A DNA stretch of 64,000 nt, from the NCBI GenBank assembly GCA_964356795.1, contig CAYHIK010000003.1:19004-83003 (forward strand), in the 5' to 3' direction. Of the stretch, positions 47,409-57,266 are shown piece by piece. The notes beneath the pieces were generated by a model. The model did no database searches and was not told the DNA's origin. It was given only the letters and a program-made list of their open reading frames with translations. Source of the stretch: an uncultured Candidatus Saccharibacteria bacterium. Lineage in GTDB: Bacteria > Patescibacteriota > Minisyncoccia > 2-02-FULL-40-12 > GWA2-44-9. Numbering within the stretch: the first letter of the stretch is position 1; each line of letters opens with the position of its first letter. Made by a program: the position numbers and the translations under genes.

Positions 47409-49379
47409 TCAATAACTCTCGGGGACAGCCGCGTCGTATTGGATGTCTACGAGGATTTTGGATAATTCCGAGGGTACGGAGCGGACCCAAAATGGAGAAA
47501 GCGAGATGGTGGCTGATCGGAACTCCTCCTTATTTCTAAAGAATTCGCGGACACGTTCCCCCTCCTTACCGGCGATACTCTTCTTAACGAGTTCGATATC
47601 AATGGGCTTAAATGCGGTCCCTTTGATGCGCACCGTAAAGGCAAGCGTATCAAGCTCTCGTTTCAGAGTGACATCGGAATAGGAAAGTATTACAAAGTCT
47701 GGTTGAACAAAAAGCCGAGCGCTGTTTAAGAAGGATTTTGCTATGAGCGTATCGAGATCGGAGCGCCGGAATGCCACGGTTGAAAGTGTACCAGTGGCGG
47801 TTACCGTAACTGCACCAGCAGCATCATCTGGCTGTGCGGTTGCTTGGATATCTTTAAATTCTGGCGTGTCTTGGTTCACAATGGTGAGTTCTGAGCCTTG
47901 CGCACCGAGCGCAGTCTTGATTTGCTCTTTCACTCCTTCGATTGCTGCTTGCTTTGCGGCGTCAAAATCGGCTTGTGTCACGACGCTCGATGGACCACTT
48001 GCTCCTCCGGTCATTGGTTGCTCCGAGCGACCGTAGAATTTCGCCGCCTTTTCGGTGTCCCCGCTTTCGCGGAATGCCACAATCGTAAATGAGCCGGCAG
48101 GAACGTTGTAGTCTGTGCCAGGTTTATCTGCAATAACATCAACGCTCATTGAGCCAGGTGTCGGAGTTCCCGCTTTTACTGTGCTCCCTGGAACGGTCAC
48201 TGTCTGGAGCGTTCGAAATACCTTGCCATCGGAAGATTCAAATCGTGTTGTTGCGACGAGCGACTGGGGACTCGAGGAGTATTCGTTGTAGATGGTTATT
48301 TTGCCACGAGCTTTTGACGCGACGTCGCGGGTGCCCGTTGCCTGAACAGTGTGCGAGTTAGTCTTGGTGACCTCGAGGAGCTGTCCGGGAAGCTTGAGGA
48401 ATGCCTCATCAATTGATGCAAATGTATCCGACGTTTGCACGGAAAGCGTGGTATCAATGGGAGAACCTACGGGGATAATTGAAACATGTGCGCTGCCAGT
48501 TACCATATATACAACAGCAGCGAGTACTACGCAGGAGCCGAGGAGGATTGATGCGGCGACCCCTTTTGACATATGCGACGATCCAACGGAGGCAGTCCGT
48601 GTGAATAATCGAGACCATAGCGAGGGTGTGTGCGGAGCCATGCGTCCGTGGGTGTTGGGACCGAATCCAACTTTATCTCGCCACATGGCATCGATGTAAT
48701 CGAGTTCTCGGGCGTTCTCAATCGCAACCTTCTCTGAGCGTTCTGCTCGGCCAGATGGATTCATAATCCTATGAGGAAGTCCGCCACGCACGCCGTCTAC
48801 AGCGGCTGCGAGTTGTGCCTGAATGGCGTTTTCCTCGGCTGATAGCGAGCGTACGAGCTCATCATTGGTCGCGTGGAGATCGGCGGCTAGTGGACGATCA
48901 GGCGCGCCATCCGCATCCTCATCTACGTGGTTTCCTTCGGCATCTTCGATGTGCATTGTGGGCAAGAGGTCTTCATCTTCTTCTTTTGATGACCCCATCG
49001 TTTCATCGGATGTAAGCGGGGTCGCGTCACCAAGGTCGGCGGTATCATTGAAGTCCTGCATGTCGTCGTCGGCTGGGAGTGGTTGGGTTGTGAGCGTCGC
49101 CTTCACTGGCTTTTCGGCCTTGCTCTTACCGGCTGACATAACATTAAACCCGAATTTTCGGGCTAGTTGGGCTGTGAGCGGATTTGCGGTGAGGATGGAG
49201 ACCGTTTTTGCACCTTGCGTGGATTCTGCTGCAAAGGCTGCAAAATGATCTTCGTGTCGAAAGAGCTTCCCATTACGAGGAAGCACCAAGATAACCTCTC
49301 CAGCAGCCGCCTTTCGAAATAGCTCAAGGATATCGTTGAACGAGTCATCCTTAAGTACATTGATAATTTTGACGCTCAT
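47409..49379 (-). CDS. Bitopic membrane protein with baseplate J/gp47-like extracellular domain
   Basis: Cytoplasmic N-domain, acidic linker, single TM, KARG.ITIYN, TRF....GKVFRT, V.A..PG..YN, TGG; start set at MSVKII. Confidence 0.7.
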   Translation of the reverse strand: MSVKIINVLKDDSFNDILELFRKAAAGEVILVLPRNGKLFRHEDHFAAFAAESTQGAKTVSILTANPLTAQLARKFGFNVMSAGKSKAEKPVKATLTTQPLPADDDMQDFNDTADLGDATPLTSDETMGSSKEEDEDLLPTMHIEDAEGNHVDEDADGAPDRPLAADLHATNDELVRSLSAEENAIQAQLAAAVDGVRGGLPHRIMNPSGRAERSEKVAIENARELDYIDAMWRDKVGFGPNTHGRMAPHTPSLWSRLFTRTASVGSSHMSKGVAASILLGSCVVLAAVVYMVTGSAHVSIIPVGSPIDTTLSVQTSDTFASIDEAFLKLPGQLLEVTKTNSHTVQATGTRDVASKARGKITIYNEYSSSPQSLVATTRFESSDGKVFRTLQTVTVPGSTVKAGTPTPGSMSVDVIADKPGTDYNVPAGSFTIVAFRESGDTEKAAKFYGRSEQPMTGGASGPSSVVTQADFDAAKQAAIEGVKEQIKTALGAQGSELTIVNQDTPEFKDIQATAQPDDAAGAVTVTATGTLSTVAFRRSDLDTLIAKSFLNSARLFVQPDFVILSYSDVTLKRELDTLAFTVRIKGTAFKPIDIELVKKSIAGKEGERVREFFRNKEEFRSATISLSPFWVRSVPSELSKILVDIQYDAAVPESY

Positions 49380-49459
49380 CGAGTGCGAATATTCAGACGA
49401 TTCAGTATACCGCACTCTGTGCCCACGTAAAACCCCTGAATGTGGAAGAATAGTGAAAA

Positions 49460-49500
49460 TTGACAAAACCTATATAAACTGCTATAATGTATATAGGAGG
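49460..49500 (+). promoter_or_regulatory. Perfect sigma70 promoter plus SD
   Basis: TTGACA-17-TATAAT with extended TG; AGGAGG at 49495-49500. Confidence 0.85.
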
Positions 49501-49508
49501 TCATTCAC

Positions 49509-49703
49509 ATGGACATCTACGGATATCGGCTTCCTGAAGAGGAGCCGTATCGGACGGCGGCAATCGTAGCAGTCGTCGCGATGCCGATCGTCGCACTCGT
49601 GGCAGTCGGGTTCGGTGCCCGTGCCGCCGGGCGCAAGTTGGCCGAGTTGGCCGACGAGCGTGCCATCGAAAAGCTGGCCCGCGCCGCGCGAGGGGTACGG
49701 TGA
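49509..49703 (+). CDS. Small single-TM protein 1
   Basis: 64 aa, AAIVAVVAMPIVALVAVGFG, strong promoter and SD. Confidence 0.7.
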   Translation: MDIYGYRLPEEEPYRTAAIVAVVAMPIVALVAVGFGARAAGRKLAELADERAIEKLARAARGVR

Positions 49704-49855
49704 GCCCGGCCTCGGTCGACTTCGCGGTTTTCGCGGCCCTCATCATGGCCCTGATCGGCATCAGCTTCACCGTCATGGGGATGCTGGCCGGTCTGGTCGG
49801 ATACTGGATCGACGGCTACAAGGGAATCAGAATCGTCGTTCGGAGTCGGCGATAG
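49700..49855 (+). CDS. Small TM protein 2 (not in ORF track)
   Basis: GTGA overlap; MSPASVDFAVFAALIMALIGISFTVMGMLAGLVGYWIDGYKGIRIVVRSRR. Confidence 0.6.
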   Translation: MSPASVDFAVFAALIMALIGISFTVMGMLAGLVGYWIDGYKGIRIVVRSRR

Positions 49856-49989
49856 TGTCGCCCTGGGAAGTCATCCCTGCTCTCGCGGTGATGGCGATGA
49901 TTCTACTCGCGCGGCTCATCCCCGCGCTCCGTGCCCACTTCGGGTATGGTGCCAAGCGACAGCGCATCTACCCCCGACCCCGCGTCTAA
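49855..49989 (+). CDS. Small TM protein 3
   Basis: TAGTG overlap; MSPWEVIPALAVMAMILLARLIPALRAHFGYGAKRQRIYPRPRV. Confidence 0.5.
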   Translation: MSPWEVIPALAVMAMILLARLIPALRAHFGYGAKRQRIYPRPRV

Positions 49990-50004
49990 CGCGGGGTCGT
50001 TTTT
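49975..50004. terminator. Terminator shared by convergent genes
   Basis: CGACCCCGCGT-CTA-ACGCGGGGTCG-TTTTT. Confidence 0.8.
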
Positions 50005-52988
50005 ATTTCTATAACGTTGCGAAGCGTGCAATACGCGCAGTCTGTATCGGAGCACCGTCGATTCCAGAATGATAGTTCTCGTATTTCATGCGCAACACTC
50101 ACGATGGATTCCTCGAGTTCTTGCACTGCGGACGATGAGAGCTCAAACACTTCTCGGTGCCATTTTCCCCTATCATCGGGTTCGACAAAATCGATGACAC
50201 CCGTGTGCGTTTTGTATGTTCCGTCCTGCCAGCGGTCGAGTAAAAGTTTATAGAATGTAAGTTGCCGGAAGTAATTCCCATCGCCGTCTTTCACTGAGCC
50301 CACGATGTGTGCCCGCGACTTCGGCTTCCCTGTTTTATAGTCGATAACAATCACGGAGCCATCAGAGTTCATATCCACCTTGTCGATTTTGCCGTTCAGG
50401 ATAATCCCATCCCCTATTTCAACAGCAGGTATTTTGAGCTGGTTGAGAATTCGCGGATGCCATGTCGTGTGGTATTTCTCGTAGTATCCCTCGAGCGCCT
50501 TTCGCCCGCGCGCGCGCCCAGCTTCCAACTCGGACGATTGCATGGGTTGGTGCTGGAGGAATCGTTCGAACAACTGCACGAGATGCTCCTTTGATTTCTT
50601 CTCGCCGGCAACGTATGCGTCAAAATACTCTTGAAGCGCACGGTCGACAGCATTTCCGTACATGAGGGCAAAGCTTGAGGCTTCGGGGATGCGAATCAAA
50701 TTTGTGTAGAAGTATCGCCACGGACAGGTGAGGTAATTATTGAGCGCCGTTACCGATAACCCGTACCGATTAAATAATTCATTGAGAAATGTCTTATCGG
50801 TAGCAAGGGGGACGCGCTGGGGTGCGGCATCGAATCGTTTTGATTGCTCCTGAAGCCATAATGCTCGAAAAGCGTTGGTATCGATATGCGATACAAGCGT
50901 TGGATTGATGTCTGAAATATACCGAGCAGGGAGCTCTTCTCCGCCGTCGAGCGTGTGCGTGCTGTGCGCTATGACGACTTCGTGTCGTGCACGCGTCAGG
51001 GCGACGTAAAATAGGTTCCGTTCGTCGTCATCATCCTCGATTGGCGCAGTTGCGCGTGATTGGACGAAGAGCGAAGGAGGTAGCTTGATGAGTTCTCGTC
51101 GCTTACGAGAGCCCCACCGACTATCAACTGTGTCTATGATGTATACATATGAAAACTCAAGCCCCTTACTCTTGTGCACAGTCATAACACGCACGCGATG
51201 TGGTGCGAGCGCGCCCTGAGGAGCGTGTACGGGGATACGATGCTCGCGGAGAAAGTCGAGATGCTCCACAAATTGTGCGAGCGTAAGCGCGCGATTGCGT
51301 TGCACGTGCGAGCGGAGCATATCGTAGAATGCGTGGAGTCGCGCAAGAGAATCAGGCGCATCGACGCTACGCAAAAGCGACGCAAGCACACCGGACTCTC
51401 GAATAATCGTCTCAAGCGCCTCTGTGGACTCGGGCTGCGCCATGAGTCGTGACCAGTGCGTCATGCGACTCGCAAGCTGTTGAAGTGCGTCGGGGTATTC
51501 AATGCCCGCTTCATGCATGGCGGGAGAAGATCGCATGATATCGTACGGATTTCTACCACCTCGACAGCATTCGATGAGTTTGTATACGTCGAGCGGATCA
51601 ATAGCGAGTACGGGAGTATGGAGCGCCTCATAGAGCGGTCGCGACTCTCCGAACGCTCGCACCGCATCAAGGATGAGTGTGAGCTGGTGAAGATACGGGT
51701 CCGAGAGCGCATCTTGTTGCGAGGAAATAGAATAGGGAACGGCTTGGCGTTGGAGAAACTCCGCGATACGCGCGACTCCTGCGTTGTCTCGCACGAGGAC
51801 TGCAATATCATCGGGACGAGCTCCTTGCTCGATGCGTTCCGAGATATGACGCGCAATCATCCAGCACTCTTCGTCGGGGTTATCGCACGTCATGAGCAGA
51901 ACGGGCGTAGTCGACTCCCGTTCTGCCTGCGCCCGAAGGCCACTTCCGGCGCTCGGACGTATCCCCTGTGCCGCATCGAGGATGTGTTGGTGTGAGCGGT
52001 AGTTATCCTCAAGCTCGATGAGCTGTGCATCGGGGTACAGTTTTTGAAAATAGAGGAAGTTTTCAAGCGATGCTCCTTGGAACCGATAAATAGCCTGCTT
52101 CGCATCGCCAACTACGAATACATTCGGTCGCTCCCAAAATGATGCAAGAAGCTCAACAACTTTATTTTGTGCGTTGTTGGTATCTTGATGCTCGTCGACC
52201 AGAAGATAGTGGTGCTTTTCTTGGAGCATGAGGCGAAGCGATTCATCGGATGCGAGCACGCGTGCCGCCTCCATTACCATGTCGTTGTAATCGTACAATC
52301 GCTCAGCGCGTAGAAGCGCCTGATATCGTGTGTAGACGTCTGATAATTCGCGCACTTTTCCAACCTGCTTTAATTGGTCCTGATATGCTCCCTTCATAAC
52401 TCCCTTATATGCGCCCTTCTCATGATAGAGATCGTCGGAGCTCATCACGATAGATTCTTCGCGAGTTGCCACGTCTATAAGGCGCTCGGGCGTAATACCC
52501 TCTCGCTTGAGCGTATTGATGGCGCCGACAATTGCTTTGAGGTAGAGGTCGGGCGCATTCACGGGTCGCAGAAGTGGCAGCGAGGGGTGCTCCTCGAGAA
52601 TCCGCTGAAGATAGAGGGCTTGATCTGCTTCGGTGATTGATGCCGCCCCCGCAATCGCTCCAAACGACTCGGGATACTCTTGAATAATAGAATTACAAAA
52701 TGAGTGAAATGTGGTAACGGTCACGCGATACGCATCGGTACCGATGAGCGCGGCGAGACGCCCCTTCATCTCGGCAGCGCCAGACTCGGTAAACGTCAGC
52801 GCGAGGATTGCTTCGGCGGGGGTATCAGTGCGAGCAAGAATATTTGCGATGCGGAGCGTGAGAATATTGGTCTTTCCCGTGCCAGGTCCGGCAATTACCA
52901 TCACCGGCCCCTCGATTGCATCAACCGCCTCGCGTTGACGAGTATTGAGGCTGCTATAGGCGCTCTCAAATGCCTCAGTTGTTTTCAT
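49986..52988 (-). CDS. UvrD/PcrA-like SF1 helicase fused to PD-(D/E)XK nuclease (AdnA/B-like)
   Basis: AGPGTGKT, LVDEHQD, VGDAKQAIYRFQGA, TVHKSKGLEF, YVALTRAR, then CP, GKIDKVD, IDYKTG, C..C..C. Confidence 0.93.
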   Translation of the reverse strand: MKTTEAFESAYSSLNTRQREAVDAIEGPVMVIAGPGTGKTNILTLRIANILARTDTPAEAILALTFTESGAAEMKGRLAALIGTDAYRVTVTTFHSFCNSIIQEYPESFGAIAGAASITEADQALYLQRILEEHPSLPLLRPVNAPDLYLKAIVGAINTLKREGITPERLIDVATREESIVMSSDDLYHEKGAYKGVMKGAYQDQLKQVGKVRELSDVYTRYQALLRAERLYDYNDMVMEAARVLASDESLRLMLQEKHHYLLVDEHQDTNNAQNKVVELLASFWERPNVFVVGDAKQAIYRFQGASLENFLYFQKLYPDAQLIELEDNYRSHQHILDAAQGIRPSAGSGLRAQAERESTTPVLLMTCDNPDEECWMIARHISERIEQGARPDDIAVLVRDNAGVARIAEFLQRQAVPYSISSQQDALSDPYLHQLTLILDAVRAFGESRPLYEALHTPVLAIDPLDVYKLIECCRGGRNPYDIMRSSPAMHEAGIEYPDALQQLASRMTHWSRLMAQPESTEALETIIRESGVLASLLRSVDAPDSLARLHAFYDMLRSHVQRNRALTLAQFVEHLDFLREHRIPVHAPQGALAPHRVRVMTVHKSKGLEFSYVYIIDTVDSRWGSRKRRELIKLPPSLFVQSRATAPIEDDDDERNLFYVALTRARHEVVIAHSTHTLDGGEELPARYISDINPTLVSHIDTNAFRALWLQEQSKRFDAAPQRVPLATDKTFLNELFNRYGLSVTALNNYLTCPWRYFYTNLIRIPEASSFALMYGNAVDRALQEYFDAYVAGEKKSKEHLVQLFERFLQHQPMQSSELEAGRARGRKALEGYYEKYHTTWHPRILNQLKIPAVEIGDGIILNGKIDKVDMNSDGSVIVIDYKTGKPKSRAHIVGSVKDGDGNYFRQLTFYKLLLDRWQDGTYKTHTGVIDFVEPDDRGKWHREVFELSSSAVQELEESIVSVAHEIRELSFWNRRCSDTDCAYCTLRNVIEIKTTPR

Positions 52989-53039
52989 GACAGAATCATA
53001 GCGAATATCCCCCTTCTATGCACGAGCCAGCGTCCGCTG

Positions 53040-53999
53040 CTATTTCTCGGTATATGTACGCATTACGTCGTAGACCTGGGCGGGTGTTTTTACCCCCATA
53101 AGCTGTGCGCGAAGGTGGGCAGCGCCCGGCCACCCCGAAATATAAACTTTGTAGAATTTTTTCATGAGATCGAATGATTTTTTCTCACCCCAGTGCGCCA
53201 CCCATGCCTGCGTATGAGCTATGAGGAGCTCGATGCGCTGTTCTTTTGTGATCGACTCGGCATCAATTGAAGGATTAAATATCCAGGGGTTATGAAAAAT
53301 GCCACGTCCCACCATCACGCCATCAACTCCTGATTCTTGGGCGCACTCTACGCCCATCGCGCGACTCATGATATCGCCATTACCGACACAGAGAGCGCCA
53401 GCTTCGTGCGCCATAGTCGAAGCATCTGCGATACGGTCCCAGTGTGCGGGCACTTTACTCATTTCCTTTACCGTTCTTCCGTGAGCTACGAGGACATCTG
53501 GCTTCGCATCGAGCACAGTAGTGAGCCACGACTCCATTTCATCGATATTCGATTTTCCAATTCGTGTTTTTACCGCAACAGGCAGTCCGCCGGCACCCTC
53601 TCGGAGCGCATGAATAAGTTCTTTTGCGAGCGTGCCCTGACCAATAAGCCCTGCGCCAGCGCCTTGCTTCATAATCGAACGGTCAGGACACCCCATATTA
53701 ATATCCACGCCATCAAATCCGAGCTCTCTCGCGAGTGCGCCAGCGGAGAAGAGGTGTTCTGGATTCGTGCCAAAAAATTGCGCAACGATGGGGTGGTCGG
53801 TTTCGGTGAGTGCCAAATCAAGCATGAGTCGTTCACGACCCGCTGATACAAGGCCGTGTGCTGATACGAATTCGGTATAGAACACATCAGGGCGCCCACA
53901 GCGCGCGACAATAGACCGAAATGGTGCATCGGTTACATCCGCCATGGGCGCAAGTACGAAGAATGGCTTCGGAAGCGTATGCCAGAAAGAAGTCTTCAT
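53040..53999 (-). CDS. dus: tRNA-dihydrouridine synthase
   Basis: LAPMADVTD, DINMGCP, GAGL, HGRT, GNGDI, DGVMVGRG. Confidence 0.95.
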   Translation of the reverse strand: MKTSFWHTLPKPFFVLAPMADVTDAPFRSIVARCGRPDVFYTEFVSAHGLVSAGRERLMLDLALTETDHPIVAQFFGTNPEHLFSAGALARELGFDGVDINMGCPDRSIMKQGAGAGLIGQGTLAKELIHALREGAGGLPVAVKTRIGKSNIDEMESWLTTVLDAKPDVLVAHGRTVKEMSKVPAHWDRIADASTMAHEAGALCVGNGDIMSRAMGVECAQESGVDGVMVGRGIFHNPWIFNPSIDAESITKEQRIELLIAHTQAWVAHWGEKKSFDLMKKFYKVYISGWPGAAHLRAQLMGVKTPAQVYDVMRTYTEK

Positions 54000-54063
54000 A
54001 GATATATAGTACGGAATAGAAAGAAAGACCGCCACCCCTTATGGGATGGCGGACGCTACTAAC

Positions 54064-54432
54064 TTACTTCGTCGCCTCGATGAGCGGGACGACGGATGGA
54101 ACTTCGCACTCCGCGACACCGTTTGCGTACCACGCACACGTAATTTCCGTGGGCTTCAAGGAGATCCACGTCAGGATGATGTCGGGCTGCTTCGTGATGT
54201 ACTGCTCTCCATCGCAGGTAAGCTCGAGAACCAGATCATCCGAGTGGATTTGATTACCGATTTTCACCAACTGCCTACCCGCGATCGTCGCCTGTTTCGG
54301 AGCACACGAACCCGAGGCGATTTTGGTATTCGCCGTAACGCACCCATGGGAAACGAGCGCGAGAACTGTAAAGCTCACTGAGACGAATATCACGAAAAAG
54401 CACGACGAAAAGCTTATGAGGAAGCGTCTCAC
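54064..54432 (-). CDS. Hypothetical exported/lipoprotein-like Cys-containing protein
   Basis: Hydrophobic N-terminus ending HGC; GTGA overlap with the upstream gene. Confidence 0.6.
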   Translation of the reverse strand: MRRFLISFSSCFFVIFVSVSFTVLALVSHGCVTANTKIASGSCAPKQATIAGRQLVKIGNQIHSDDLVLELTCDGEQYITKQPDIILTWISLKPTEITCAWYANGVAECEVPSVVPLIEATK

Positions 54433-54908
54433 TGGTCGCCATCCTTTGTGCGCGTGATTGTGATGCCGGGACAGATTCCGTCATGGAGCTTACCCGCATA
54501 CACTGCGAGTGCGCCATGGAGCGTTGGGGTATCGTCTCGATCCTCGCCGAATATCTTGCGATAGTCGTCGTCAAGCTTGCGATCCATTACTCTCCACCAT
54601 GCCACCGCCACCAATACCACGAGCCACGTAAAGATGCAGCCGAGCGTGATGGCGTACGCCTTGATTCCAATCAGACTCACTGGAACGAGGAAGAATGCCG
54701 TCAGCGCCGCGAGTAGTGCGAGTCCATTCATCAGAATGGCAAGCGGAAACCACACCAGAATCGTGCGCATGTAGGGGCACAGGTTCGTGCTCACGGAGTC
54801 ATTGTGATACTCAGTGATTGAACGTTTTTCGAAGAACTCAGCGACGATGGGTTCAGCCCAGAGATAGAGCCGAACGTGCCATCGACGGTCTTGCCAGGTG
54901 AATGTCAC
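54429..54908 (-). CDS. Hypothetical two-TM protein (orphan cassette)
   Basis: AAAGGAGG SD before GTG; TTGACT-16-TATTCT; NLCPY and GICP motifs. Confidence 0.7.
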   Translation of the reverse strand: MTFTWQDRRWHVRLYLWAEPIVAEFFEKRSITEYHNDSVSTNLCPYMRTILVWFPLAILMNGLALLAALTAFFLVPVSLIGIKAYAITLGCIFTWLVVLVAVAWWRVMDRKLDDDYRKIFGEDRDDTPTLHGALAVYAGKLHDGICPGITITRTKDGDQ

Positions 54909-54962
54909 GTGGCCTCCTTTCGACGCAACTAGAATATACTAATAATACAAAAAGTCAAGACC

Positions 54963-55424
54963 TTATTTCGATGAGGTATCGATGTATACCGAGTGAGACT
55001 CTCTCCAGAGCGAAAGGGATTCTGCGACTCTACGCCGTGCGATTTCGGAAAATCCATTTGGAATCGTCATATCTCGAAGGGTGGTCTCTTCCATATCAAG
55101 CACATGAGCGGCGTTGAAATGCTGTCTGAGCTCTCCTGAAACCAGCAAACAATCCTCACCCTGTTGCGGGGTCGTGTCTTCGTGCGCGTCGATGGTTGCT
55201 CTTCGAATGGCACCTGTAGCGTGATTCACGAGGAGCCACATACGAATCTTTTGAGCCATGCCGTCTCCTCGCGGGCTTATCTTGAAGTTTACCGTATGGA
55301 GTGTGCCCTGCTTCATGGCGTTATCGAGCGTGCGAACATTTGCATCGAGAATCTTTCGATGCTGCTCGAGCTCCGTGCGTTTCTCTGAACCTTCTGAATC
55401 TCCTGTGTGTGATGATTCAAACAT
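54963..55424 (-). CDS. Hypothetical protein
   Basis: 153-aa ORF filling the gap directly downstream of alaS. Confidence 0.6.
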   Translation of the reverse strand: MFESSHTGDSEGSEKRTELEQHRKILDANVRTLDNAMKQGTLHTVNFKISPRGDGMAQKIRMWLLVNHATGAIRRATIDAHEDTTPQQGEDCLLVSGELRQHFNAAHVLDMEETTLRDMTIPNGFSEIARRRVAESLSLWRESHSVYIDTSSK

Positions 55425-55441
55425 ATGATGCGAGTATCGTG

Positions 55442-57202
55442 TTACCCAATAACAGCTTTAATACGACGAATACCAGATGAAATTGCCTCTTCTTTTATAA
55501 TCTTGAACGATCCAATCTCTCCCGTACGCGTGACGTGGGGACCTCCGCAGAACTCACGACTTACCACCTCGTGCGTTGCGGGGTCTTCTATAGTGTACAC
55601 CGATACCACGTCGCCATATTTTTCGCCAAACGCACCGAGCGCACCAAGGCCGAGTGCTTCATCTTTTGGCATCATAGTGCGCGTCATGGGAAGGTCGCGA
55701 GTAATCCAGCCATTCACCAGCGCCTCCACCTGTGCGAGTTCCTCTGGGGTCGTCTTTGCAGGGTGAGAAAAATCAAATCGCGTACGCTCCGCATTAATAT
55801 TGCTTCCTTTTTGAATCACGTGATCGCCGAGCACCATTCGGAGCGCTCGATGCATGAGGTGTGTTGCCGTATGGTAGCGAACCACTACATCGGAATGATC
55901 TGCGAGCCCGCCCTTAAACGTGCCCGCAGATGCGGTGCGAGAGAGGTCTTTATGGCGTGTAAACGCTTCTTCGAACTGTTGCCGTTCTGGGCTCAACCCC
56001 TTTGCGTGGGCAAGCTCATACGTGAGCTCCCACGGAAATCCGTAGGTCTGATATAGATTAAACGCTGCCTCACCATCAACACTGGGAAGTTTCTCGAATT
56101 CCCGAAGACCCTTCTCGAGCGTCGCAGAAAATTTTGTTTCTTCGTTTTCGATAACGCGTCGAATCGTTTCCGCATGTGTTGTGAGTTCTGGATATTGCGA
56201 GCCAAGCATCACGATAATCACCTCAAGCGATGGCGCATACCATCCCGCATGCATACCCAATTGCCGTGCATACACCATGGAACGTCGAAGCAGGCGGCGA
56301 AGTACGTATCCCCTGTCTTTATTGCTCGGCTCAATACCATCAGCGATGATGAAGGTCGATGCCCGAATGTGGTCGGCAATAATGCGCACATATCGCTCAC
56401 TCTGCTCATGCGGAATGGTTTGCTGCGCTTTAAGCGCAGCAAGTATCGGAGCGAAGAGTTCGGTTTCATACACAGATTGTGCGCCGCTTAATACCGTGAG
56501 TGTGCGCTCAAGCCCCATGCCCGTATCAACGTTTGGTTTTGGAAGTAGCTCGTACAAACCAGTCTCGGTCTTTCGATACTGCATGAATACATCGTTCCAG
56601 ATCTCAACCCAACGAGCGTCGGATGCGTCAAACGCTTTTGGCGCTGGCTCGTGCGCATCAATCCAGTAAAACATCTCAGTATCTGGTCCACAGGGACCCG
56701 TCTGACCCGCAGGACCCCACCAGTTATTCTCACGCGGGAGAAACGTAATACGCTCAGCGGATACTCCAAGTGATTTCCAGATAGCCGCCGCTTCTTCATC
56801 TTTTGGAGCGTGTTCATCGCCTGCAAAACATGAGAATGCGAGCCGTTCAACGGGAATAGCAAGCCACTGCTTGGAGGTTAAGAATTCGAAACTCCAACGA
56901 ATGGCGTCGTCTTTAAAATAGTCGCCCAGCGACCAATTCCCAAGCATTTCAAAAAAGGTTAAATGCGTCGCATCCCCAACCTCATCGATGTCCCCTGTAC
57001 GAATACACTTCTGGACGCTCGCAATTCGGTTGCCAAGAGGGTGTGGCTCTCCGAGCAAATACGGAACAAGCGGGTGCATGCCTGCTGTTGTAAATAAGAC
57101 CGTGGGGTCATTGATGGGGACGAGCGGTGCCGAGGGCACAATTGCGTGTCCTTTCGATTTGAAAAATTCAAGGTAGAGCGCGCGTAATTCAGAATGGGTC
57201 AT
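55442..57202 (-). CDS. alaS: Alanine--tRNA ligase (lacks C-Ala domain)
   Basis: LFTTAGM, FFEMLGNWS, GPCGP, DTGMGLER, HTATH, EFCGGPH, GIRRI. Confidence 0.97.
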   Translation of the reverse strand: MTHSELRALYLEFFKSKGHAIVPSAPLVPINDPTVLFTTAGMHPLVPYLLGEPHPLGNRIASVQKCIRTGDIDEVGDATHLTFFEMLGNWSLGDYFKDDAIRWSFEFLTSKQWLAIPVERLAFSCFAGDEHAPKDEEAAAIWKSLGVSAERITFLPRENNWWGPAGQTGPCGPDTEMFYWIDAHEPAPKAFDASDARWVEIWNDVFMQYRKTETGLYELLPKPNVDTGMGLERTLTVLSGAQSVYETELFAPILAALKAQQTIPHEQSERYVRIIADHIRASTFIIADGIEPSNKDRGYVLRRLLRRSMVYARQLGMHAGWYAPSLEVIIVMLGSQYPELTTHAETIRRVIENEETKFSATLEKGLREFEKLPSVDGEAAFNLYQTYGFPWELTYELAHAKGLSPERQQFEEAFTRHKDLSRTASAGTFKGGLADHSDVVVRYHTATHLMHRALRMVLGDHVIQKGSNINAERTRFDFSHPAKTTPEELAQVEALVNGWITRDLPMTRTMMPKDEALGLGALGAFGEKYGDVVSVYTIEDPATHEVVSREFCGGPHVTRTGEIGSFKIIKEEAISSGIRRIKAVIG

Positions 57203-57237
57203 TTGATGTAGTGTAGACGATTCGGCCTAAAAAATGA

Positions 57238-57259
57238 AGACCCCGCACGTGCGGGGTCT
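57238..57259 (-). terminator. Terminator hairpin
   Basis: Perfect palindrome AGACCCCGCACGTGCGGGGTCT. Confidence 0.65.
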
Positions 57260-57266
57260 GGGCTCA

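Noticed and set aside
47409-49379. Prophage or contractile injection system
   Set aside because: No sheath, tube, spike, terminase or capsid genes nearby; the protein is membrane-anchored among core genes
49615-49989. 124-aa ORF from the track
   Set aside because: Its first 80 codons are an off-frame reading of two coupled TM ORFs; only the 3' part from GTG 49855 looks coding
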